Origin: the human T2T-CHM13v2.0 reference genome, Homo sapiens
NCBI RefSeq assembly: GCF_009914755.1
Contig: NC_060947.1
Length of the DNA: 64,000 nt
Reading direction: 5' to 3' (one strand)
Shown in pieces: positions 38,336 through 50,480 of this stretch; position 1 is the stretch's first letter; every line of letters starts with the position of its first letter. The translations under genes and the position numbers were made by a program. A model generated the notes under the pieces. That model ran no database searches and had not been told where the DNA came from. It was given only the letters and a program-made list of their open reading frames with translations.

Positions 38336-40679
38336 TCTATTAGTTTGTTCTTGCATTGCTATAAAGAATATCTGAGACTGGGTATTTATAAAGAAAATTT
38401 ATAAAGAAAAGAGCTTTGACTGGCTCATAGTTCTGCAAGTTTTATAGGAAGCATGGTGCTCACTTATCATCAAGGGGATGGCTGAAGCCATTCATGAGGG
38501 ATTCACCACCATGATCCAAATGCCTCCCACCAGGTACCACCTCCAAGATTGGGGATTACATTTCAACATGAGATTTGGGCAGAAACAAATATCCAACTAT
38601 ATTATTCTCCCCCTACTCCTCCCCAAACCTCTTGTCCTTCTCACATTGCAAAATACAGTCATGCTTCCCAATCATCCCCCAAATTCTTAACTAATTCCGC
38701 CATTAACTCAAAAGTCCCAGGTCCAAGTCCAAAGTCTCATCTGAGAAAAGGCAAGTCCCTTCCACCTAGAAGCCTGTAAAATAAAAAACAAGTTAGTTAC
38801 TTCCCAGATACAATAGGGGTATAGCCATTGGATAAACATTCCCACTCCAAAAGGGAGAAATTGGCCAAAAGAAAGGGGCAATGGGCCCCACACAGGCTCA
38901 AAACCCAGCAGGGCAGTCATTAAATCTTAAAGCTCTAAAATAATCTTCTTTGATTCCATGTTCCACATCCAGAGCACACTGGTGCAAAAGTGGGTTCCCA
39001 AGGTCTTGGGAAGCTCTTCCTCTGTGGCTTTGCAGGGTTAAGGCCTCAGGGCTGATCTCACAGGTTGGCATTGAATATTTGTGGCTTTTCCAAGCTAAGG
39101 ATGCAAGCTGCCATTTGTTCTACCATTCTGGGGTCTGGAGGATGATGGGTCTCTTCCCACAGCTCCACTAGGCAGTGCTCCAGTGGGGACTCTGTATGGA
39201 GCCTCCAACCCCACATTTCCCCTCTGCACTGTCCTAGTAGAGGTTCTCTGTGAGGCCTCCACCTCTGCAGCAGGCTTCTGCCTGGACACTGAGGCTTCTC
39301 CATACATCCTCTGAAACCTAGGGAGAGGCTGCTAAGAATCCACCACTCTCCACTCTTGTGCCCTGTATGCCTGCAGGCTTAACACCATATGGAAGCCACC
39401 AAGGCTTATGGCTTGCATCTTCTGAAGCAGTAGCCTGAACTGTATCTGGGGCCCTTTCAGCCAAGGCTGGAGACAGAGCAACTGGGATGTGGGGAGAAGT
39501 GTTCTGAGGCTGCACAGGGCAGCAGGGCCCTGGGCCTGGCCCACAAAGCCATTCTTCATTCCTAGGCCTCGGCCTGTGATGGGAGGAGCTGCCACAAAAG
39601 TCTCCGAAATGCCTTCAAGGTGTTCTCCCTATTGTGGCTATTAGCACATGGCTCCCTTTTCGTTATGCAAATATCTCTAATAAATGATTGCTCCACAGCC
39701 CACTTGAATTCCTCTCCTGAAAAAGTTTCTTCTTTCTCTGCCACATCACCTGCAATTTTTTCAAGCTTTTATGCTCTGCTTTCTTTCTAAATATAAGTTC
39801 CCACTTTAAATCATTTCTTTGCTCCTGCATCTGAGCATAGGTTGTTAGAAGCAGCCAGGTCAAATCTTCAATGCTTTGCTCCTTAGAAATTTCTTCTGCC
39901 AATACCATAGGTCATGACTCTTAAGTTCAAACATCCACAGATTCCCTAGAAAATGAACAGAATGCATCCAGTCTCTTTGCTAAGGCATAACATGCATGAC
40001 CTTTGCTCCAGTTCCCAATAAGTTCCTCATTTCCCTCTGAGACCTCAGCAGCCTGGACTTCACTGTCCATATCACTATTGGCATTTTGGTCACAACCACT
40101 TAGTCAGTCTCTAAGAAGTTCCAATCACTCATTCATCTTCCTGTCTTCTTCTGGGTCCTCCAAACTCTTCCAGCCTCTGTCTGCTACCCAGTTACAAAGC
40201 TGCTCCCACATTTTAAGGTATCTTTATAGCAATCCTCTACTCTTTACCAATTTTCTGCATTAGTCTATTCTTGCATTGCTATAAAGAAATACCTGAGCCT
40301 GCATAATTTATAAGGAAAAGATGTTTAATTGGCTTATAGTTTTGCAAGCTTTATAGGATGCATGTGACCACATCTGCTTGGCTTCTGGAGAAGACTCAGG
40401 AAGCTTACAGTCATGGCAGAAGGTAAAGGGAGAGCAGGCTTGTCATATGGTGAAAGCAGAGGTGAGAGAGAGAGTCAGGGGGAGATGCCACACACTTTTA
40501 AACAATCTGATCTCATGTGAACTCAACAAAGAGTTCGCTTATCACCAAAGGGATGACTGAAGCCACTCATGAGGGATCTGCCCCAATGATCCAAACAACT
40601 CCCAGCAGGCCCCACCTCCAAGATTGGAGATTACATTTCAACATGAGATTTGGGCAGGTACAAATATCCAACCATATCA
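38336..40679 (-). mobile_element. Complete MaLR provirus (MSTA/B); 3' LTR internally deleted
   Basis: LTRs ~38336-38604 and ~40256-40679 flanking an internal region homologous to 13679-15280; perfect TSD ctgtc at 38331-38335 and 40680-40684. Confidence 0.93.
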
Positions 40680-41080
40680 CTGTCCTGCAGTGTTTCTGCT
40701 GAGAAATATGCTGATAGTCATATTGGAACTCCCTTGTAGATAATGTATTTCTTATTTCTTGATGCTTTCAGAATTTTTTCTTTGTCTTTAATTTTTGATA
40801 GTTTCATTATTTTGTGCATTGGTGAACTCTGGGTTGAATATTGTTGGTGACCTCTCTGCTACCTCTACCTGGATGTTGGCATCTTTCCTAAGATTTGAGA
40901 GGTTTTCAGCCATTATTTTTTAAAATATGCTTCTGGTCCCTTTGTTCTCACTTTTCCTTCTGGAATTACTGTTATGTGGTAATTAGGTCTCTTGATAGTG
41001 TCCCAGAGTTCTCATAGGCTTTCTTCATTCTTTTTAGTTTGCTTCTTATTTTTGCTTTGTTCGTTGGACAATTTCAGATG

Positions 41081-41598
41081 TTTGAAGCAGGGCAATGCGA
41101 TGCCTCTGGCTTTGTTCTTTTTGCTTGGGATTGCTTTGGCCATTCGGGTTATTTTTTGGTTCCAAATAAATTTTATAATAGATTTTTCTAAATCTGTGAA
41201 AAATGATATTGGTATTTTGATAGGAGTAGCATTGAACCTGTAAATTGCTTTGGGCAATATGGCCATTTCAACTATGTATTTTCTTCTAGTCCATGAGCAT
41301 AGAATATTTTTCCATTTATTTGTATCATATCTAATTTTTTTCAGTAGTGTTTTGTAGTTCTCCTTGTAGAGATCTTTCACCTCCTTGGTTAGATAAATTC
41401 TTATGTATTTCATTTTTTTTTGTTGCTATTATAAATGAGTTTGTGTTCTTGATTTGGTTCTTAGCTAGACATTATTAGTGTGTAAAAATGCTACTGATTT
41501 TTGTACATTGATTTTGTATCCTGAAACTTTACTGAATTTGTTTATCAGTTCTAGGATCCTTTTTCAGAGTCATTAGGGATTTCTATGTATAGAATCAT
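41081..41598 (-). mobile_element. Internal L1 ORF2 fragment without 3' end or poly(A)
   Basis: ORF 41012-41413 ...[18 protein letters not shown]...[16 protein letters not shown]... embedded in the ORF1 region of the host L1. Confidence 0.8.
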
Positions 41599-42369
41599 CT
41601 TCAAGCTCTCTTATACTTTCTTCTGCTTGATTGAGCCTACTATTAAAGCTTTTTATTGCATTTCCATTTCAGTCATTGTATTTTTCATCTCTAGGAGTTT
41701 TACTTTTTATTTTTTCTATTTCTTTGTTACTCTTTTTCATTTTGTTCATGCACTGTTTTCCAAACTGCATTTAATTTTTTACTTCATACATTCTTGTAGC
41801 TCACTAAACTTCCTCAAGATGATTATTCTGAATTCTTTGTCATTTTATAGACTTCCATTTTTAAGGGTTCACTGTTGAAACTTTGTTAGTTTCTTTTAGA
41901 GGTGTCATGATTTCGTGATTCTTTGTAAACCTTGTGTCCTTGCATTTGTGTCTGTGCATTTGGAGAGACAGCCACCTCTTCTGACTTTTACAAGTGTTCT
42001 TTGTCAGGGATAAACCTTCACTATTTAGCCTGGCCTATGATTCTTTGTGGGCCAACTCATAATGACCCTGGGCAGGAAGAGCTTGCTTTTGGATTCTCTA
42101 GATAGCTGGGCTACTGCCTTAGCTCTGATTTGGGATGGGGCTGCTGACTCAGCTCCACTGTCAGGTAAGACCACTGGCTGAGCTCTTTAATAAGTCAGAG
42201 CTGCTGGCAGGTTACTGCAATTGCCTTTTATTGGGCTTGACCACAAGGTGTATTCCATGGCCAGGTAGCACCACTGTTTGAAGTTTGTATTTGGACAGGG
42301 CTGTAGGCTGGGTCTTCAGGTTAGGCAGAATCACTGCTTGGGATGGATGGGACCAGCTGCTATGCTAAG

Positions 42370-42830
42370 TAGAAATGCACTGTTGAGGTTTGCCTCCCTG
42401 CCTAGATGGGGCCTTGTGGTGGGCTTTGAGGATGGGCCAAGCACTGTTTAAACTCCTAGGTGTGGCAGAAGTAGCCTCTGCACTTTGCCAAAATGCACTG
42501 TGGTGGGCATCTCTCTCCCTGGGCAGTGCCTAGGCAGGCTGAGTTTGAGGCTGAGTTGGGTGCTGTTTAAACTCTTGGTTGTGGCAGAACTAGCCACTGC
42601 TGTTTGCCAACATTCACTGTGGCAGTCCATCATACCTTTCCAGGACAAGGTCTTCAAGTGGGCTTTGAAGCCATGCCAAACACTGTTTAAACTCCTGTGT
42701 GTGGCAGAACTAGCCCCTGCTTTTTGCCAAATTGTGCTGTCCCTTGATGGGGCCCTGGGGTAGGGTCTAAGGCTGGGCCTGGAGGCTGGCTGTTTGGAGA
42801 TTCAAGCCAGGCAGAACTTCCCACCAATTC
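42370..42830. repeat. ~120-bp tandem repeat (~3.5 units) in the L1 5'UTR
   Basis: Anchor ctgtttaaactc...gtggcagaa at 42444, 42563, 42683. Confidence 0.8.
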
Positions 42831-43438
42831 TGGGAACAGCCAGCTCAGCTTTGAAGATGAGCTATGCTGTTGACTGTTGTCTCTGATCATGTGCCATTAC
42901 TGGCAATTACAAAGAACTAACACAAATATCTGTATACTGGTCACTGTGTTCTTGCTTTGTTTCTACCTGACCCTAGGTAGTCTAGTCATGCCAATACCTC
43001 TTGTGTTCCCTGTGAGGTGAGAGTAAAGTGGGCTTCCTGGGAAGCATCTCAAAATGCTAGGGAAGCTGGATGTCCACCTCTGGTTTTCTTTCCCCACTGT
43101 AGAAACTATGACTCCTGAAGAATTCTCTCTGTGTGACACTGTGGAAGGAAGAGGGGTGACACAACCAGTGAGATCATTTCTTTTACCCTCTCTTGTGGTT
43201 TTTATTTGGTTCTGTGGTCCACACAGGTATATCAGGCTTATTTCCAAGTTTTGAGGTTTTCACAAAGGTGTTCTTAGTTGTGGATATTTGTCAGTTGAAC
43301 TTTTGTGGAGGTTAGTGAAGCCTGAGATCTCCTATTCTGCCAGATTGCTGAGGTATGTTCTTTATTGTCTTTCACTGTTCCCCTCTGGAACTGAACTTCA
43401 GTTAACCACAACGACAACTAACTTAAAAACACACTCTT

Positions 43439-43728
43439 GGCCGGGCGCGGTGGCTCACACCTGTAATCCTAGCACTTTGGGAGGCCGAGGCAGGCGGATC
43501 ACAAGGTCAAGAGATCGAGATCATCCTGGTTAACACAGTGAAACCCCATCTCTACTAAAAAAATACGAAAAATTAGCTGGGCATGGTGGCAGGCACCTGT
43601 AGTCCCAGCTACTCGGGAGGCTGAGGCAGGAGAATGGCATGAACCCGGGAGGTGGAGCTTGCAGTGAGCAAAAAACAAAAAGAAAAACAAAAACAAAAAC
43701 AAAAAAACACAAGCAAACAAACAAAAAA
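43439..43728 (+). mobile_element. AluY-like element lacking the last ~45 nt of the right arm
   Basis: ggagaatggcatgaacccgggaggtggagcttgcagtgagc joined directly to the A-rich tail; flanks share acactctt. Confidence 0.92.
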
Positions 43729-43939
43729 ACACTCTTTGCATTCACTTTCATTCTCATTTCCTTACACCTTATCAGTGTTTCCTGGTATTGCCTCTCAGTA
43801 AAACAAACAATCAAACAAAACCATTTTAGGAAACCAAAACCTACACTCAAATACTTGGGCTGCTTATCAGAGAAACCCAAAATCAAGCCAGTGATTCTAA
43901 TACATTTGGTCATTAAGTTTGCTGAATGGGAGCTAGTGA

Positions 43940-44305
<366 letters not shown>

Positions 44306-44591
44306 AATTTCTTTAACTTTAAGAAAAAATATATTCAGACCCTACTAGTGGTAGAGATTACAAATCCAGAAAGAAAAATGTATACTGACATTAGGAGTCA
44401 AAAAAGAAAAACACATGATCTAAATTTCCATCTGCCTTTTTTCTTTTAACTTGAATCTGGCTAAATTCACTGGTACATTATTGCTAGTAAGTAAAATAGA
44501 TTTTTTAATTGTTGCATTCCCTGTATATGTCATTAAAAATGAGAAAGCTAAAAGTAGCCATAAGGAAAGGGAGAGGGATATTGTGTTTCAG

Positions 44592-45385
44592 TGTGATAGG
44601 TAGCTTCTAAGATGGCCCTCAAATACTCCTATCTCTTAATACGTATGACCTTGAGTAACATGCTTCTAGACAATAGACTATCTCAACTTTGTAGAGATGT
44701 AATTTTGTCATTAGCTTATAAGAGATTGTAGCCTTTGTCTTGCTATCAGACTTTCTCCTTTGCTAGCTTTGTGAGGCAAAGTGTCTTATTTAGGAGACAC
44801 ACGTGGCACAGAACTGAGGTGGACCTCTGGCTAATAGCCAGTAGTTAACTGAGATCCTCAGTCCAGTAATCCAAAAAGAACTGAATCCTGGCTGGGTGCA
44901 GTGGCTCATGCCTGTAATCCCAGCATTTCAGGAGGCCGAGGCAGGAAAAATCACTTGAGGCCAGGAGTTCAAGAACAACCTGGGCAGCATAGCAAGACCT
45001 TGTATCTATAAACAATTTTAAAAATTAGCCAGGCATAGTGGTCCATGCCTGCAGTGCAAGTTACTCAGAAGCTGGGGTGGTAGGATCACTTGAACCCTGA
45101 TGTCGAGGCTGCAATGAGCTGTGGTCAAGCCACTGCACTTTACCCTTCAGAGTGAGACCCTGTCTTTAAAAGAAAAGAAAAGAAAAGAAAAAGAACAGAA
45201 TCCTCTCTGCAATCATGTAGTGAGCTTATAAGTGGATCTTACACTGGTTGAGTTTTTAGATGAGACTCAGTTCTGGCTGACACCTTGCTTGAAGCCTTGG
45301 AGAACACCCTGAAGCAGAAGACACAGTTAAGCTATGCTTGGATTCCTGGTCCACAGAAAATATGAGACAATAAATGTGTGCAATT
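44592..45385 (+). mobile_element. MLT1E/F LTR interrupted by AluJ
   Basis: tgtgataggtagcttctaagatggccc start; gattcctggtccacagaaaatatgagacaataaatgtgtg end. Confidence 0.75.
44890..45190 (+). mobile_element. AluJ
   Basis: cacttgaggccaggagttc...ggatcacttgaacc; TSD aaaagaactgaatcct / aaaagaacagaatcct. Confidence 0.9.
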
Positions 45386-46465
45386 AAGTATTTCCACTTT
45401 CCTATTCATTCTGTTTAGAACAAATATTTGGGATTTAGAAGGAAAATTTGACTTTAACAGGGTCACTGCCACCTTGAATACTGAATCAAATTGACCTTGA
45501 TAGGGATGCATTATGCTTATATTTCAGATTCGAGCTCCCACTGTTGTTAAAAGAAAAGGAAAATACTTTCTCTTTGAAAGTCTACCCGACCAAAATTCTT
45601 TGTATAAAAATGGCTTCTCATAGATTAGTTTCTGAGTACATTTTCTACCAATGGTCTTAAGTCATCCGTAAGCATATGCAAATCTCTTAGCAACAGAAGA
45701 TTATTCCAAATGAGAAAGCATTATGAGCCAACTCCCATGTAAGCATCTGAGCCAACAAAGATGGGGTTTTAAGCTTTATTTTAAAAAAATTTAAAATAAA
45801 ATTATCCTGAGAGAATGGAGCAGTATGTATAAATCTATGAACTGTTTGAATAAGTTCAGTTGTTTCAAGGTTACTTCTTCTGTGTCTAGTATAAATATAT
45901 TTCAAAAATACATACAGTAAAATGTGAAAAACAGTTTCTTTGGGATCAACATGTCTGCTGCCAGAGAAGTTACATTTCTTGTAAAACAATGCTACATAAT
46001 GGATGGTGGTGGAGTGAGGCCAGCTGGTTTTAAATATCAAGCTGACAGTGGAATGTGGTATTTAGAAGATAGTCACAGCACAACACACAAGGAGGCATAG
46101 AGACCTACTGCTTGACAACTTAACAAAAATGCAGTGTGTTCTCCAAAGGATTATTTTAACCTTATACATACCTACTTTTTACAAAGTTTCACTTCAGGCT
46201 CAGTGTGTTTTGTCTGTTGTGGGTGAACTCCATGGGAGCATCTGAGAGGTGAAATTCCTTTATAACCAGGTCCTTTTGACACTTAAATTTTTAGCTTAGA
46301 AGTTTCTGAGTTGGAGTATGTGGAATGATCCACTGTGTTGTGGGAAGAAAATATTAGGAGTTTTCTTTAGCATATAAGAAATAAATGAAGCATAATCCGC
46401 AGTTAATATACAGACTGACACTAGTGGCTTCACTCAGTCCATCTGCATAGAAGATTGTTGTGTGC

Positions 46466-47228
46466 TGTAAGTGTCACGGGTGTCCGTGTGAAGAGAGCAC
46501 CAAACAGGCTTTGTGTGAGCAACAAGGCTGTTTATTTCACCTGGATGCAGGCGGGCTGAGTCCGAAAAGAGAGTCAACAAGGAAGATAGAGGTGGGGCAG
46601 TTTTATAGGATTTGGGTGGGTAGTGGAAAATTGCAGTCAAAGAAGGAGGTTGTTCTCTTGTGGGCAGGGGCGGGGGTCACAAGGTGCTCAGTGGGGGAGC
46701 TTCTGAGCCAGGAGAAGGAATGTCACAAGGTTAATCGCTCAGTTAAGGTGGGGCAGAGACAAATCACAATGGTGGAATGTCATCAGTTAAGGCAGGAACT
46801 GGCCATTTTCACTTCTTTTGTGATTTTTCTCTTGCTTCAGGCCATCTGGATATATAAGTGCAGGTCACAGGGGATATGATGGCTTAGCTTGGGCTCAGAG
46901 GCCTGACATTAAGCAAAAATAAAATTCTAAGCTCCCCAACTGACTGAATTAATCCCTCCTTTTAACCATTTAACTAGAAAAAACGAGTTCAGATCATGAT
47001 GGGAAGGAGGGGTCAGGCAAGACTCATTATACTCTCCTCCTTCTGGAATTCAAGCGTAACTGACCAGCATTAACATTAAAACAGAGATCTTAAAAGTGAC
47101 AAAAGAAACTTTGTAGCAATAAGACACCAAATTCCAACCTGACTCTAGTATAGTATCACATGACAGATAGCAGGCCCTGAAAGAAATTGAAGTATTTTAC
47201 CCCAAAATATATTTATTTGGCATATTTT
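46466..47228 (+). mobile_element. MER4-group (MER4B/D-like) LTR 5' part, split by LTR7 and truncated by L1
   Basis: Reconstituted start tgtaagcaaaaataaaattctaag...; gcaggccctgaaagaaattgaagtattttaccccaaaatatattt. Confidence 0.75.
46472..46908 (-). mobile_element. Solo HERV-H LTR (LTR7 family)
   Basis: Minus strand starts TGTCAGGCCTCTGAGCCCAAGCTAAGCCATCATATCCCCTGTGACCTGCAC and ends CTCTTCACACGGACACCCGTGACA; TATA (CCTATAAAA ~46601-46609) and AATAAA (~46531-46536); TSD gtaag/ttaag. Confidence 0.93.
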
Positions 47229-49388
47229 TATTTTTGTTTTTCATATTTTTAAACTTAGTTTATTTGTTGGTAACTTTTTATTTGAGAAGTCAAATGATTA
47301 AGTTTTGACACATATCTCTAAAGGTTGACAAAAATTTCTTAGATAAAGTTTGAAGCCTGAGTATGGGCAGTGTCATTATCCTAACACATTGGAAGACGAA
47401 TCCCTCCATCTTATATCAATACCTCATTGCTTCTGAGATTCTTTTTTTTTTCATTGTACAAATGCAAAGAGTTTTAGAAGAACACATATATGAGCTTTTA
47501 AATACAAAGCAGTGAATTGTGTTCTTCTCAAGGCTTTGTTCTTCTAAGGAAGCTGAGGTTTCTGTTGACAGTTTCAGTTTTGTCTTCCTTCAAGTTTTAT
47601 TTTAAGTTCCAGGGTATATGTGCAGGCTGTGCAGGTCTGTCACACAGGTAGACGTGTGCCACGGTGGCTTGCTACACAGATGAGCCCATCATCTAGGTAT
47701 TAAGCCCAGCATCAATTAGCTATTCTTCCTGATGCTCTCATTCCCCTCACCCTCATCCTCTGACAGGCCAAAGTGTGTGTTGATCTCCCCCATGTGTCCA
47801 TGTGTTCTCATCGTTCAGCTCCCACTTATAAGTGAGAACATGCCATGTTTGATTTTCTGTTCCTACATTAGTTTGCTGAAGGTAACGGCTTCCGGTTCCA
47901 CCCATGTCACTGCAAAGGACATGATCTAGTGTTTTGCTTGTTTGTTTGTTTGTTTTATGGCTATATAGTATTCCATGGCTACTTATGTATCACATTTACT
48001 TTATCCAGTCTATCATTGTTGGGCATTTGGGTTGATTCCATGTCATTAATATTGTGAATAGTGCTGCAATGAACATACGTGTGCATGTATCTTTATAATA
48101 GAATGATTTATATTCCTTTGAGTATATACCCAGTAATGGGATTGCTGAGTCAAATGCTATTTCTGCCTCTAAATCTTTGAGGAATCACCACACTGTCTTC
48201 CACAATGGTTGAACTAATTTATACTCCCAACAATAGTGTAAAAGTTTTCCTTTTTCTCCACAACCTCACCAGCCTCTGTTGTTTTCTGACTTTTTAATAA
48301 TCGCCATGCTGACTGGCATGAGATGGTGTCTCACTGAGGTTTTGATTTGCATTTCTTTAATGGTCAGTGATGTTGAGCTTCTTTTCATATGATTGTTGGC
48401 CACATGTATGTCTTCTTTTGAGAAGTGTCTGTTCATGTCCTTTACCCACTTTTTAATGGGGTTGCTTATTTTTATTTTAATATTTTAAAACTTATTTTAT
48501 TTTTATTTTTGGTAACTTTTTATTTGAGAAGTCAAATGATGAAGTTTTGACACATATCTCTAAAGGTTGGCAAAAGTTTCTTAGATAAAGGTTGAAGCCT
48601 GAATATGGGCAGTGTCATTATACTAACACATCCACCCATCTTATATCAATACTTCATTGCTTCGTAGGTTCTTTTTTTTCACTGTTCAAATGGAAAGAGT
48701 TTTAAAAGAACACATACATAGGCTTTTAAATACAAAGCAGTGAATTGTGTTCTCAAGACTTTGCTCTGTTGACAGTTTCTATTTTGTTTCCTTCAACGTT
48801 TATTTTACGTTCCAGGGTACATGTACAGGATGTAGAGCTTTCTTACTCAAGTGTGTCTTCTTTTGAAAAGTGTCTGTTCATGTCCTTTGCCCACTTTTTA
48901 ATGTAGTTGTTTGTTTTTTTCTTGTAAATTTGTTTACATTCCTTGTAGAGTCTGGATATTATTAGATCTTTGTCAGATGGATTGAAAAACTGCACACCTA
49001 AAATCTTCTGATCTTTGACAAACCCGACAAAAACAAGCAATGGGGAAAAAATTCCCCATTTATTAAATGGTGCTGGGAGAACTGGCTAGCCATATGCAGA
49101 AGATTGAAACTGGACCCTTTCCTTAAACCTTATAAGAAAATTAACTTAGGATGGATTAAAGACTTAAATGTAAAACCCAAAACTATAAAAATCCTAGAAG
49201 AAAATCTAGGCAGTACCATTCAGGACATAGGTACAGGCAAAGATTTCATGATAAAAACGCCAAAAGCAATTGCAACAAAACCAAAAATTGACAAATTGGA
49301 TCTAATTAAACTAAAGAACTTCTGCGCAACAAAAGAAACTATCATAAGAGTGAACAGACAACCAACAGAATGGAAGGAAATTTTTTCA
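47225..49388 (-). mobile_element. L1PA (old) with ~330-bp 3' extension and a 5' inversion
   Basis: T-rich tail ~47225-47268, extension 47269-47594, L1 3'UTR/ORF2 47595-48980 on minus, inverted ORF2 piece ~48990-49388 on plus. Confidence 0.8.
48471..48850 (-). repeat. Second copy of tail + 3' extension + ~40 bp of L1 3' end, nested in the first
   Basis: 48511-48835 aligns by eye to 47269-47632 with substitutions and small indels; flanked by a ~65-bp direct repeat (48406-48470 / 48851-48915). Confidence 0.88.
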
Positions 49389-49639
49389 GAGACCTGTGCA
49401 AGACTGGGAATGGGAGAATCCCCCTGGCTCACCCAAAATGTCCCCACTGTGGTTCTATACTGAGGCAGAGAGTCATCTGGACATCTTGCGGAGGCAATTC
49501 TCAAATCCAAGGGGACCTCTACAAGCCTTAGACCCTGGAACAAACTGGCACCAGCACCATAGCCCTTGTAGAGGCTGCAGATGCAGTGCCTAGGAGCAGT
49601 AAGATTGCTCCACCACCCCTCACCAGATAAGGCTCAGCA

Positions 49640-50480
49640 TCAGCTTCCAGCCCAGTGGTCCTGCTTCTCCCAGAAATTGGCCAACAGCTGTAGCCTCCTG
49701 TTGTCCTGGGAGGAACTTGAAGGGGAGGGTGGGTTCCTCTCTGCCACTGGTAGCCAGGCAGGCAACGCCTGCTGGAGCTTACAGACCAGTGGTCCTGCTT
49801 CTGTCTGAACTTAGCCAGTAGGCAAAGCCTCCTGTTGTCCCAAGAAGCACCTGGATGGCAGGGAGGGTGACTCCACCCACCCCCGTCACTGGTAGCCAGG
49901 CAGGCAATGCCTGCCAGATCTTCCAGCTCACTGGTTCCACTTTTGCGTGAACTCAGACAGTGGGCACAACCTCCTCTTGTCCTGGGAAGCACCCAGATGG
50001 CAGGGCAGGTGACCACACCCATTTTCACCATTGGTAGCCAGGCAGGTAACACCTGATAGGGCTTCTGGCCCAGTGATTCTGGTTCTGTCTAAACTCAGCC
50101 AGTGTTTAGACAGTGGGGTGCAGCAGCCTTTGTCCCAGGAAGCACTTAGACAGCAGGGCAGGCAACCCCAAGCACCCCTGCCACTGATAGCCAGGTGGGC
50201 AATGCCTGCTAGAGCTTTCAGCTCAGCAGTCCCACTTCTGTCCAAACTCAGACAGTGGGTGCAACCTCCTATTGTGTCAGGAAACAACCAGACAGCAGAG
50301 TAGGTGATTCCACCCACTCCCACCTCTCATAGCCAGATGGGCCATCCCACTAGAACTTCTGGGCCAGCAATCCTGCTTCTGCCTGAACTCTGTCAGCAGG
50401 CACAACCTCATGTTCCCCAGGGAAGCACTTGGATAGCAGATTAGGTGACCACCCCCACCCCACAGCTCCTGGCCAAACAG
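49640..50480. repeat. ~142-bp tandem repeat (~6 units) in the L1 5'UTR
   Basis: Anchor tagccag at 49751, 49893, 50035, 50188, 50330 (spacing 142,142,153,142). Confidence 0.88.

Noticed and set aside
46460-46879. 139-aa ORF
   Set aside because: Antisense reading of the LTR7 sequence
49528-50323. 174-aa and 131-aa repetitive ORFs; CRISPR-like periodicity
   Set aside because: Products of the 142-bp L1 5'UTR tandem array; whole units are homologous, there are no unique spacers or cas genes, and the DNA is eukaryotic
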